Shown here piece by piece: positions 25,758 through 34,991 of a stretch of DNA of 64,000 bases; the first letter of the stretch is position 1, and every line of letters begins with the position of its first letter. The position numbers and the translations under genes are program-made. This stretch comes from an uncultured Bacilli bacterium (GTDB taxonomy: Bacteria > Bacillota_I > Bacilli_A > RF39 > UBA660): contig CAKOWQ010000003.1 of assembly GCA_934122395.1 (NCBI GenBank), forward strand, positions 186,299 to 250,298. Reading direction: 5' to 3'. A model generated the notes under the pieces. It was not told where the DNA came from. It saw nothing but the letters and a program-made list of their open reading frames with translations, and ran no database searches.

Positions 25758-26927
25758 ATGAGTGAAGTAACTTTAAAAGATAAGAAAGAAGTTCTTGTTA
25801 TGGCAAGTAAAGAAGAAAGGAAAGCTAAAATTTGTAAGGCTCTTATGGAAGCTAATTTTAGTCTTGTGTTTGATATCGCAAATATTCATAATTATTATGA
25901 TCAAGATGAATTAATTTCGGTAGGAACTCAAGGGCTTGTGAAAGCTGCTAATAGTTATGATACTACTAGAAATACACTGTTTAGGAATTATGCTTCAAAA
26001 TGCATTAGTAATGAGATTAATAATTTTTTAAAAAAGGCAAGTATAAGAAATGAAAATGTAAGTTTAGAAACACCAGTACAAACTAGTTATGGTAGTAAAA
26101 GATTAAAAGATATTATAATAGATGATGATCCATTTCGTAAAATATTCGATGAAGATGTTCATGCTTCTATTAGAAGTGCAATTACTTTATTACCATCACC
26201 TGAACGTGAAATAGTACAAATGCGATTTGGTTTTATTGATAATAAAATATTTAGTTTAAGAGATATTGCTAGTAAACTTCATTTATCATATGGTTATGTA
26301 AGTGAACTCTTAAATAATGGCGTAGAACTTGCTGCTATAATACTATCTAAAAAAGGAATAATAGATTTGAATAAGGACGAATATACTCTAGTTCACGATA
26401 AAAAAGGAAAAGTAAGAGCAATAAAAAAAGATAAGTTGTCAATATATAAGTATTTTAGCGATTATAGTGAAGATGAAATTAATTATGCATTATCAACTTT
26501 GACTCAAAGTGAAAGAGGATTGTTACCAAGTGCTTGTGGTGAAGCAATTCCTAATGAAATGTCTGAATTTATATATATTAGTCGAAAATTAAAAAAACGA
26601 CTTGATGCTTTTAGAGAAAATAAAGGTGCTGGTGCTGATAGGTTAACTACTGATGACTATAAAGAAATAGTTGATATATTAAATGGTGATAATATGCCAA
26701 AAAGAATTCAGGCGTTGGAAGAAAGCGAAAAAATTGTGGCATTATTAAGTTTGGGGTATGTAAATGGGAAGTATTTTTCAAGTGAATTTGTTTCAGATAC
26801 TTTAGGTATTCCACAAGAACGCGTTTTGGAAATAATTGATAAAACTGAAGAATTTGCTAGACAAGAGAGAAAAGAAGAAATGGAAAAATATCTAACCGGA
26901 ATAAAAACCAAAAGCAAAAGACCTTGA
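25758..26927 (+). CDS. Sigma-70-family factor with about 190-aa C-terminal extension carrying extra region-4-like HTH modules
   Basis: Region 2-like FSLVFDIANIH..DELISVGTQGLVKAANSYD..FRNYASKCISNEINNFL; region 4-like LPSPEREIVQMRFG..SLRDIASKLHLSYGYVSELL; then LTQSERGLL and EKIVALLSLGYVNGKYFSSEFVSDTLGIPQERVLEII. Confidence 0.65.
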   Translation: MSEVTLKDKKEVLVMASKEERKAKICKALMEANFSLVFDIANIHNYYDQDELISVGTQGLVKAANSYDTTRNTLFRNYASKCISNEINNFLKKASIRNENVSLETPVQTSYGSKRLKDIIIDDDPFRKIFDEDVHASIRSAITLLPSPEREIVQMRFGFIDNKIFSLRDIASKLHLSYGYVSELLNNGVELAAIILSKKGIIDLNKDEYTLVHDKKGKVRAIKKDKLSIYKYFSDYSEDEINYALSTLTQSERGLLPSACGEAIPNEMSEFIYISRKLKKRLDAFRENKGAGADRLTTDDYKEIVDILNGDNMPKRIQALEESEKIVALLSLGYVNGKYFSSEFVSDTLGIPQERVLEIIDKTEEFARQERKEEMEKYLTGIKTKSKRP

Positions 26928-26976
26928 ATTAAAACGCTAATTCATATATAATATAATAAGTATTGGAGGAAATATT

Positions 26977-28239
26977 ATGTCAAAAAAAGATAATAAACAT
27001 GAAATTACAGTTAAAATAGAAGGTGAATCTTGGAAAAATGCCTTAGACAAAGCATTTAACGAAGAAGTAAAAAAAGTAAATGTTGATGGATTTAGAAAAG
27101 GTAAAGTACCAAGAGAAATATTTGAAAAGAAGTTTGGTAAGGAACGTTTATATATTCCTGCTGTTGATAACGTTATTGAAGAAGGATATGTTAAAGCATT
27201 AGAAGAATCTAAATTAATACCAGTAGTACAACCAAAACTTGATATTAAAAGTATTGATGAAAATGGTGTTGAATTAATGTTTACTATTATTACTAAACCT
27301 GAAGTTAAAATTAAAAAATATAAAGGATTAAATGTTAAACCAGAAAAAATTAAAGTAACTAAAGAAGAAATCGAACATGAACTTCATCATGTATTAGAAA
27401 GATACAGTGAAGAACGTGTTAAAGAAAATGGTGAAGTTGCTATGGGTGACGTTGCTATTATCGATTTTGAAGGATTTAAAGATGGTGTAGCATTCGAAGG
27501 TGGAAAAGGTGAAAACTATGAATTAGAAATTGGTAGTCATTCATTTATTCCGGGATTTGAAGAACAATTAGTAGGGATGAAAACAGGTAGCAAAAAAGAA
27601 ATAGAAGTAACTTTCCCAGAAGAATATCCAGCTAAAGATTTACAAGGACAAAAAGCTACATTTAAAGTAAAAGTAAATGAAGTAAAAGAAAAAGTTCAAA
27701 GAGAATTCGATAAAGAACTATTTGATGATTTAGGAATTGAAGGCGTTGATTCTAAAGAAAAACTAGAAAAAGAAATAGAAGAAAACCTTAAAGCTCATAA
27801 AGAAGTTGATGCTGAAAATAATTATGTAGATAAATTACTAGAAACAGTTGGAAAAGAAACTGAAGTTGATATTCCTGAAGAAATGGTTAATGAAGAAGTA
27901 GATAGATTATTACATAGATTTGAGGATCAAATTAAAATGCAAGGTATCTCACTAGACTTATATTACCAATTTACTAATACTAAAGAAGAAGATTTAAGAG
28001 CACAATTAGAAAAAGAAGCATACAGTCATGTATTATATCGTTTAATGCTTGAAGAAGTTGCTAAACAAGAAAAAGTTGAAATTACTGATGAAGAAGCAGA
28101 AAAAGAAGCTGATAGTTTATCTAGTAAGTACCAAATGGAAAAAGAAGAATTCTTAAAAATGTTTGGTGGACTAGATATGATTAAATATGACTTAGAAATG
28201 CGTAAAGTAATTGAACTATTAAAAGAATTTAATAAATAA
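26977..28239 (+). CDS. tig: Trigger factor
   Basis: GFRKGKVPREIFEKKFG, FKBP-type PPIase core (IDFEGFKDGVAFEGGKGENYELEIGSHSFIPGFEEQLVG). Confidence 0.95.
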   Translation: MSKKDNKHEITVKIEGESWKNALDKAFNEEVKKVNVDGFRKGKVPREIFEKKFGKERLYIPAVDNVIEEGYVKALEESKLIPVVQPKLDIKSIDENGVELMFTIITKPEVKIKKYKGLNVKPEKIKVTKEEIEHELHHVLERYSEERVKENGEVAMGDVAIIDFEGFKDGVAFEGGKGENYELEIGSHSFIPGFEEQLVGMKTGSKKEIEVTFPEEYPAKDLQGQKATFKVKVNEVKEKVQREFDKELFDDLGIEGVDSKEKLEKEIEENLKAHKEVDAENNYVDKLLETVGKETEVDIPEEMVNEEVDRLLHRFEDQIKMQGISLDLYYQFTNTKEEDLRAQLEKEAYSHVLYRLMLEEVAKQEKVEITDEEAEKEADSLSSKYQMEKEEFLKMFGGLDMIKYDLEMRKVIELLKEFNK

Positions 28240-28262
28240 GCCAGATCTTGGCTTTTTTTTTA
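28238..28262 (+). terminator. Intrinsic terminator
   Basis: AAGCCA-GATCT-TGGCTT followed by T9. Confidence 0.8.
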
Positions 28263-28303
28263 TGTTGTTTTGTGGTAGACTAATTGTAGAATAGGGTGAT
28301 TAT

Positions 28304-28795
28304 ATGACAGATAACAATGGTTCAATTAAAATGGTAGGATATTTAGGTATTTTTATCTTATTATTATTTATTATACTTCCTCCATTATTTAGAGTACTTT
28401 TTCCGGAAGATGAAAATAAAGATGTAGAAAAAGAAAAGTTAGTGATGAATTTAACTTGTACTAAAGATGAAGACTTCGTTGAATATAAACTTAAAACTAT
28501 TATTAGTACTAATTATGTAGATAGTAAAATAAGTGACTCTACTTTTACTTATGAAATTTCAGCAAGTGATTCTTATTTTTCTAGTGGTATTAGTATAGAA
28601 GAATATGAAAGCTTAAAGAAAGTATCTAATGTTGACTTTACTGAAAATAATAATAAATACATATTAAAAATTGATTATGATAAATTTGATTATAGTAATG
28701 AAGAATTATTAAAGAATCATAGTAAAGTTATATCAGAACAAATGGCAATATATAGTGATGATTCTTTTGAATGCACAACTACTAGGAAAAATTAG
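28304..28795 (+). CDS. Membrane-anchored hypothetical protein
   Basis: N-terminal TM VGYLGIFILLLFIILPPLF; SD GGGTGA; no recognisable domain. Confidence 0.5.
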   Translation: MTDNNGSIKMVGYLGIFILLLFIILPPLFRVLFPEDENKDVEKEKLVMNLTCTKDEDFVEYKLKTIISTNYVDSKISDSTFTYEISASDSYFSSGISIEEYESLKKVSNVDFTENNNKYILKIDYDKFDYSNEELLKNHSKVISEQMAIYSDDSFECTTTRKN

Positions 28796-28803
28796 GAGGA
28801 GTT

Positions 28804-30165
28804 ATGAATATTAATAAATATATATTTAGAGGATATGATATAAGAGGAGTATATCCTAAAGATTTAAATAGTGATGTTGCATATATCATTGGTAGAAGTT
28901 TTGGTACATATGTTAATAAGATGGGTAAAAAAACTTGTATAGTAGGAAGAGATAATAGATATTCATCTTTAGAGTTAGCATCATTCTTAATTGAAGGTAT
29001 TTTATCAACTGGTGTTGACGTTATTGATTTAGGACTTGTTACTACACCTATGTATTATTATGCATGTATATTAAAGAATAATCCTACTGGTATCATGGTA
29101 ACAGCTAGTCATAATCCTAAAGATGATAATGGATTTAAATTTGCATTTGATGAACGTGGTAATGCAAGAGGAGAGATGATTGAAGAGTTCCGTGATTTTA
29201 CTTTTAAGGGTGAGTTTATTAATGGTAAAGGAAAATTATCTAAGTATGATGTAAGAGATGAATACATTAAATTAATGATTGATAATATTTCATTAGGAAA
29301 ACGTCCACTTAAAGTAATATTAGATTTAGGAAATGGTACTACTACTTGTATAGCAAAAGATATATATTATAGATTACCAATAGATATTGAAACATTATTT
29401 GGAGAAAGTGATCCTAATTTTCCTAATCATCATCCAGATCCTTGCGTTGAAGAGAATTTGAATTTTTTGAAAAAAGAAGTTTTAGATAAAAAAGCAGACA
29501 TTGGTATTGCATTTGATGGTGATGGTGATCGTGTAGGTATAGTGGATGAAAAAGGAAACTATATTCCTACTGATAAATATATGATTATAATTATTAGAGA
29601 CATAATTGATAAAGTTAAGAAAAAAACATTCTTATATGATGTTAAATGTTCTAAAGCACTTGATGACGAAATAATAAAATTAGGTGGTAAAAGCATTTGT
29701 TATAGAACAGGTAACTCTTATACTAAAGCTAAAGTAAGAGATGAAGACTTGCCTTTTGGTGGAGAATTATCAGGGCATGTTTATTTTAGGGATAGATGGC
29801 CAGGATTTGATTCAGGAATATATGCTGGACTTAGATTAGTAGAAATATTATCTCATACTAATAAGCCACTTAGTGCATTATTAGATGGTATATCACATTA
29901 TGAATCAACACCAGAATTAAAATTTCCATCGCCTGATGATAAAAAATTCATAGTAGTTGATAAAATAATTAATTACTGTAGAAGTAAGGGATATGATACT
30001 TTAACAATAGATGGAGCAAGAGTAACATTTAATGATGGATGGGCTTTAGTAAGAGCAAGTAATACCGGTCCTAATATTACAACAAGATTTGAAGCAACCA
30101 CTAAAGAAAGATTAGAAGAAATACAAAAAGAATTTACTGATTTAATAAATGAATATAATAAATAA
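28804..30165 (+). CDS. Phosphohexomutase (phosphomannomutase/phosphoglucomutase family)
   Basis: FRGYDIRG N-terminus, active-site TASHNPKDDNGFK, metal loop FDGDGDR. Confidence 0.85.
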   Translation: MNINKYIFRGYDIRGVYPKDLNSDVAYIIGRSFGTYVNKMGKKTCIVGRDNRYSSLELASFLIEGILSTGVDVIDLGLVTTPMYYYACILKNNPTGIMVTASHNPKDDNGFKFAFDERGNARGEMIEEFRDFTFKGEFINGKGKLSKYDVRDEYIKLMIDNISLGKRPLKVILDLGNGTTTCIAKDIYYRLPIDIETLFGESDPNFPNHHPDPCVEENLNFLKKEVLDKKADIGIAFDGDGDRVGIVDEKGNYIPTDKYMIIIIRDIIDKVKKKTFLYDVKCSKALDDEIIKLGGKSICYRTGNSYTKAKVRDEDLPFGGELSGHVYFRDRWPGFDSGIYAGLRLVEILSHTNKPLSALLDGISHYESTPELKFPSPDDKKFIVVDKIINYCRSKGYDTLTIDGARVTFNDGWALVRASNTGPNITTRFEATTKERLEEIQKEFTDLINEYNK

Positions 30166-30187
30166 GGAACTTTGGTTCCTTTTTTTG
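30165..30187 (+). terminator. Intrinsic terminator
   Basis: AGGAAC-TTTG-GTTCCT followed by a T-run. Confidence 0.8.
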
Positions 30188-30263
30188 TGAAAAAATAGTG
30201 AAGTTGATTGACTTTATGACAAGGTGTCATATATAATGAAAAAGTACGTTTGGTGGTGATATT

Positions 30264-30869
30264 GTGGCTAAGGATAAATTCTTTGAATTAGATAAAGATA
30301 AACAAGAAAAATTGTTAAAAGCAGCTAAAGTGGAATTTTCAACTAAAAGTTATGAAGAAGCATCTATTAATAAGATAATTAAAAGTATTAATTTAGCGAG
30401 AGGTAGTTTTTACTTGTATTTTGATAATAAAGAGGATTTATATTTATATATACTTAAAAGTTATATAGAGAAATTTAGAGAAAAACTTTTAGTTATTCTA
30501 AATAATAATGACAGAGATATATTTAAAAGTTTAATTATCTTTTACGATGAAATAGTAAAGACTAAAGATAGTGACTATAATTTAGTTCATAATTTATTTA
30601 TTAATATGAATTCTAAACAATTAGATATTGCTTTTCCTAAAGTAATTGAAAGTGAAATTAATGGCTCTATTCTAAATACTATAGACTTTTCAAAGTATGA
30701 TATTTCTTTTGAAGAAAGAAAAATCTTACTTAGTATATTAATGCCTATACTATTTCATTCGATTGCAATATCATTTGATGATTTTCACCAAATTAGTGAT
30801 GTACGTGCACATTATATTGCACAACTTAATATAATTAAAAGAGGCTTAGAAAGGAAGACGTTATGTTAA
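30264..30869 (+). CDS. TetR/AcrR-family transcriptional regulator
   Basis: HTH SYEEASINKIIKSINLARGSFYLYFDNKEDLY; GTG start after GGTGGTGA; overlaps the ABC gene by 7 nt. Confidence 0.85.
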   Translation: MAKDKFFELDKDKQEKLLKAAKVEFSTKSYEEASINKIIKSINLARGSFYLYFDNKEDLYLYILKSYIEKFREKLLVILNNNDRDIFKSLIIFYDEIVKTKDSDYNLVHNLFINMNSKQLDIAFPKVIESEINGSILNTIDFSKYDISFEERKILLSILMPILFHSIAISFDDFHQISDVRAHYIAQLNIIKRGLERKTLC

Positions 30870-33052
30870 AATTATTTAAATATTTAAAAACATCAATATT
30901 TTCTATACTTATAATTATTGCTTTATTAGTATGTCAGGCTGAGCTTGATTTAGCATTACCAGATTATACTTCTAAAATAATAAACGTTGGTATTCAACAA
31001 AATGGTATAGAAGATGCAGTACCTAGTGTTATGACAGTTGATACATATAATAATTTAATGTTATTAATGAATGATCATGAAAAAGATACTGTTAGTACAC
31101 ATTACAAATTAGTAAATAAAAATGATAAAGATTATGTAGCTAAATATCCAATTTTAAAAAGTGAAGATATTTATGTATATAACGGTAAGGATAGAAAAGA
31201 TGTAAATGATTCATTGGAGCATGCTTTTGCTATATCTTATATTGCTACTATGATTGACAAGAATCCATCTAGTTTTGATATTAATTTACCTAATGGAACA
31301 TCTTTTTCCGATATGCTTAAAATGATGGATGATAATACAAGAAGTGAAATTATTAAGCGTATTGATGAAAAACTAGAAGATATGCCAGGAACCATTTTAA
31401 GTAGCGCAGCAATCGAAAGTATAAAATCAGAATATGAAAAAGTAGGTCTTGATTTAGGAAAAATTCAAACTAATTATATTTTAATTAGTGGTGCTAAAAT
31501 GCTAGGAATAGCATTATTAATAATGGCTATTGCTGTATTAATTATTTTCTTTGGATCACGTCTTGCAGCAAGACTTGCTAAAACATTAAGAGAGAAAGTG
31601 TTTGACCGAGTAATACATTTTTCTAAGAGCGAAATGAAAGAGTTTGGTACTTCATCATTAATTACTAGAACTACTAATGATATTCAACAAATACAGCAAG
31701 TAGTAGTTATGCTTATGAGAGTAGTATTCTATGCACCAATTATTGCTATAGGAGGAATACTTAAAACTACTAGTGCTGAAAACTCAATGCTTTGGATAAT
31801 TATTATTGCTGTAGCTGCACTTTTGATAATAGTTGGTACGTTATTTATTGTAGTAATGCCTAAATTTAAAATATTCCAAAGTTTAGTAGATAAATTAAAT
31901 TTAGTATCACGTGAAATATTAGAAGGAATTCCAGTTATAAGAGCTTTTAGTAATGAACGACATGAAGAAAAAAGATTTGATGATGCGAATAAAAACTTAA
32001 CTAAAGTAGATTTATTTGTTAATAGAACTATGTCTCTTATGATGCCTTTAATGATGCTACTTATGAATGTAGTATGTATTGCTATTGTATGGTTTGGTTC
32101 TAAAGGAATAGATGCTGGTACTATCCAAGTTGGAGATATGATGGCATATATTCAATATACAATGCAAATAATTATGGCTTTCTTAATGATATCTATGATT
32201 TCGATTATGTTACCAAGAGCATCTATTTCAGCTAAGAGAATTATTGAAGTAATTGATACTCCATCTAGTATAAATAATCCTTTAGAAGAAAAGAAATTTG
32301 ATAAGGATAAGACTGGTATTATAGAATTTAAAAATGTATGTTTTAGATATCCTGATGCTAATGAGGATGTAATAACTGATGTCAATTTTACAGCTAAAAA
32401 GGGTGAAGTTATAGCGTTTATTGGTTCTACTGGAAGTGGTAAATCAACTTTAATTAATTTGATTCCTAGATTCTATGATGTTACAGAAGGCTCTATTACA
32501 GTAGATGGTGTTGATATTAGAGATATAAATATTGATACATTAAGAAAAAGAATTGGTTATGTTCCTCAAAAAGGAATACTATTTAGTGGAACAATAGAAA
32601 GTAATATTAAGTATGGTAATGATAAAATTACTGATGATAAAATGATATCTTCGGCTGAAATTGCTCAAGCAACAGAATTTATTGATGCAAAAGAAGATAA
32701 GTATTTATCTCCTATAGCACAAGGTGGTACTAATGTATCTGGTGGTCAACGTCAAAGATTATCTATAGCAAGAGCAATTGCAGTTAATCCGGATATTTAT
32801 ATCTTTGATGATAGTTTCTCAGCACTTGACTTTAAAACTGATGCTAAACTTAGAAAAGAATTAAAGAAAGTTACAAAAGATAGTACTGTATTTATAGTAG
32901 CTCAAAGAATTTCTACTATTATGAATGCTGATAAAATAATTGTGTTAGATGAAGGTAAGGTAGTAGGAATAGGCACTCATAAGGAACTCATAGATACTTG
33001 TGAAGTATATAAAGAAATCGCACTATCACAGTTAAGTAAGGAGGAGATATAA
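30863..33052 (+). CDS. ABC exporter half-transporter (TMD-NBD) with about 160-aa extracytoplasmic insert and a degenerate ATPase site
   Basis: Walker A GSTGSGKST, signature VSGGQRQR, Walker B IYIFDDSFSALD (Glu to Asp), H-loop VAQRIST (His to Gln); long loop between TM1 and TM2. Confidence 0.85.
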   Translation: MLKLFKYLKTSIFSILIIIALLVCQAELDLALPDYTSKIINVGIQQNGIEDAVPSVMTVDTYNNLMLLMNDHEKDTVSTHYKLVNKNDKDYVAKYPILKSEDIYVYNGKDRKDVNDSLEHAFAISYIATMIDKNPSSFDINLPNGTSFSDMLKMMDDNTRSEIIKRIDEKLEDMPGTILSSAAIESIKSEYEKVGLDLGKIQTNYILISGAKMLGIALLIMAIAVLIIFFGSRLAARLAKTLREKVFDRVIHFSKSEMKEFGTSSLITRTTNDIQQIQQVVVMLMRVVFYAPIIAIGGILKTTSAENSMLWIIIIAVAALLIIVGTLFIVVMPKFKIFQSLVDKLNLVSREILEGIPVIRAFSNERHEEKRFDDANKNLTKVDLFVNRTMSLMMPLMMLLMNVVCIAIVWFGSKGIDAGTIQVGDMMAYIQYTMQIIMAFLMISMISIMLPRASISAKRIIEVIDTPSSINNPLEEKKFDKDKTGIIEFKNVCFRYPDANEDVITDVNFTAKKGEVIAFIGSTGSGKSTLINLIPRFYDVTEGSITVDGVDIRDINIDTLRKRIGYVPQKGILFSGTIESNIKYGNDKITDDKMISSAEIAQATEFIDAKEDKYLSPIAQGGTNVSGGQRQRLSIARAIAVNPDIYIFDDSFSALDFKTDAKLRKELKKVTKDSTVFIVAQRISTIMNADKIIVLDEGKVVGIGTHKELIDTCEVYKEIALSQLSKEEI

Positions 33053-34861
33053 ATGGCTAATGGACCAATGCATGGATCTAAAGGTCCTGATAAAGCAAAG
33101 GACTTTAAAGGTACTTTAAAGAAAATATTAAATTATACTAAAAAGTATCGTATTGCTATTATTATAGTAATGATATTTGCTATATTAAGTACAATCTTCT
33201 CTATAATAGGACCTAATATTTTAGGAGATGTTACTACTGAAATATTTAATGGATTAGTAAGAAAAATTACAAGACAAGGCGGAATGGACTTTGACTTTAT
33301 CAAAAAAACTTTATTACTTTTATTAGGCTTATATGCTTTCAGTGCTTTTTGTTCTTTTATCCAAAGTTTTATAATGAATTCAGTAGCATGTAAAATATCT
33401 TATAATTTAAGAGATCAAATAAGTAAGAAATTACATAAATTACCATTATCTTATTTTGAGACTAGAACTCATGGTGAAATATTATCTAGAATTACTAATG
33501 ATGTAGATACTTTTTCTCAGAATTTAAGTCAAACACTAAGTCAATTAGTATCATCATTTGCAACTTTAGTTGGTACTATAATAATGATGATTAGTATTAG
33601 TGGTAAAATGACTATTGCATCTATTATAATTCTTCCTATATCAGTAATGGGAATGGGATTTATTATGAAAAAATCGCAAAAGTACTTTACTAGACAACAA
33701 CATAATTTAGGTAATATGAACGGCCTTGTTGAGGAAGTGTATGGAGGACATGATGTAGTAAGTGTTTTCTGTGCTGAAGATAAAGAATTAGCTCGTTTTA
33801 AAGAGTTAAATGATAAATTATATGATTCAGGTTGGAAAAGTCAATTTGCATCAACATCAATGCATCCATTGATGAACTTTGTAGGTAATATCAATTATGT
33901 TTTAGTATCTATTTATGGTGGTTATTTAACTATAAAGAATCAAATGAAAGTAGGGGGAATATTATCTTTCTCACAATATGTTAGAAACTTAAATAGTTCT
34001 GCTGCTACACTTGCTCAAATATTTTCAATGTTACAACCTACAGTGGCATCAGCTGAACGTATTTTTGAATTTTTAGATGCTAAGGAAGAAGTGTCTGATG
34101 TTAAAAATCCAGTATCAGTTGCCAATATTCGTGGTAATGTTGAGTTTAAAGACGTTAAATTTGGATATGACGAAGATAAAGTTGTAATTCATGACTTTAA
34201 TGCCAAAGTAAAACAAGGTCAAAAAATTGCGATAGTAGGGCCAACCGGGGCTGGGAAAACCACTATGGTGAAATTATTAATGCGTTTTTATGATGTTAAT
34301 AGTGGAAAAATACTAATAGATGGACATAATATTAAGAACTTTAAGCGAAGTGATTTAAGAAGTTTATTTGGTATGGTACTACAAGATACTTGGTTATTTA
34401 ATGGTACTATTGCTGATAATATTAGATATGGTAAGTTAGATGCTGATATAGAAGAAGTTAAGAATGCTGCTAGAAGTGCTAGTGTTCATCACTTTATTAA
34501 AACATTACCAGATAACTATAATATGGTTTTAAATGAAGAAAGTGATAATATATCAGGTGGTCAAAAACAACTACTTACTATTGCTAGAGTTATTTTAGCA
34601 GACCCTAAAATATTAATACTAGATGAAGCAACCAGTAGTGTTGATACTAGAACTGAAATACTTATTCAACAAGCAATGGATAAACTTATGGAAGGTAGAA
34701 CGAGTTTTATTATCGCACATAGATTATCTACTATTAAAAATGCTGATTTAATATTGGTTATGGATAATGGTGATATTGTTGAACAAGGTAGTCATAAAGA
34801 ATTATTAAAGAAAAATGGCTTTTATGCTAAACTATATAATTCACAATTTGATAATGTATAG
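33053..34861 (+). CDS. ABC exporter half-transporter (TMD-NBD), consensus ATPase site; partner of the preceding gene
   Basis: GPTGAGKTT, ISGGQKQ, ILILDEATSSVD, IAHRLST. Confidence 0.9.
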   Translation: MANGPMHGSKGPDKAKDFKGTLKKILNYTKKYRIAIIIVMIFAILSTIFSIIGPNILGDVTTEIFNGLVRKITRQGGMDFDFIKKTLLLLLGLYAFSAFCSFIQSFIMNSVACKISYNLRDQISKKLHKLPLSYFETRTHGEILSRITNDVDTFSQNLSQTLSQLVSSFATLVGTIIMMISISGKMTIASIIILPISVMGMGFIMKKSQKYFTRQQHNLGNMNGLVEEVYGGHDVVSVFCAEDKELARFKELNDKLYDSGWKSQFASTSMHPLMNFVGNINYVLVSIYGGYLTIKNQMKVGGILSFSQYVRNLNSSAATLAQIFSMLQPTVASAERIFEFLDAKEEVSDVKNPVSVANIRGNVEFKDVKFGYDEDKVVIHDFNAKVKQGQKIAIVGPTGAGKTTMVKLLMRFYDVNSGKILIDGHNIKNFKRSDLRSLFGMVLQDTWLFNGTIADNIRYGKLDADIEEVKNAARSASVHHFIKTLPDNYNMVLNEESDNISGGQKQLLTIARVILADPKILILDEATSSVDTRTEILIQQAMDKLMEGRTSFIIAHRLSTIKNADLILVMDNGDIVEQGSHKELLKKNGFYAKLYNSQFDNV

Positions 34862-34888
34862 AATTCTTGAAAAAGAATTCTTTTTTTA
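34860..34888 (+). terminator. Intrinsic terminator
   Basis: AGAATTCTT-GAAA-AAGAATTCT followed by a T-run. Confidence 0.8.
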
Positions 34889-34938
34889 GGAATTTAATAT
34901 AGATAAGGATAATAATATAATTAGGAATATGTATATTA

Positions 34939-34967
34939 TTGACAAAATTCTTTTTAACTAGTATAAG
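34939..34967 (+). promoter_or_regulatory. topA promoter
   Basis: TTGACA, 17-nt spacer, TATAAG. Confidence 0.5.
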
Positions 34968-34991
34968 TATAAAGAGTGAAGGAGTGGTTTC

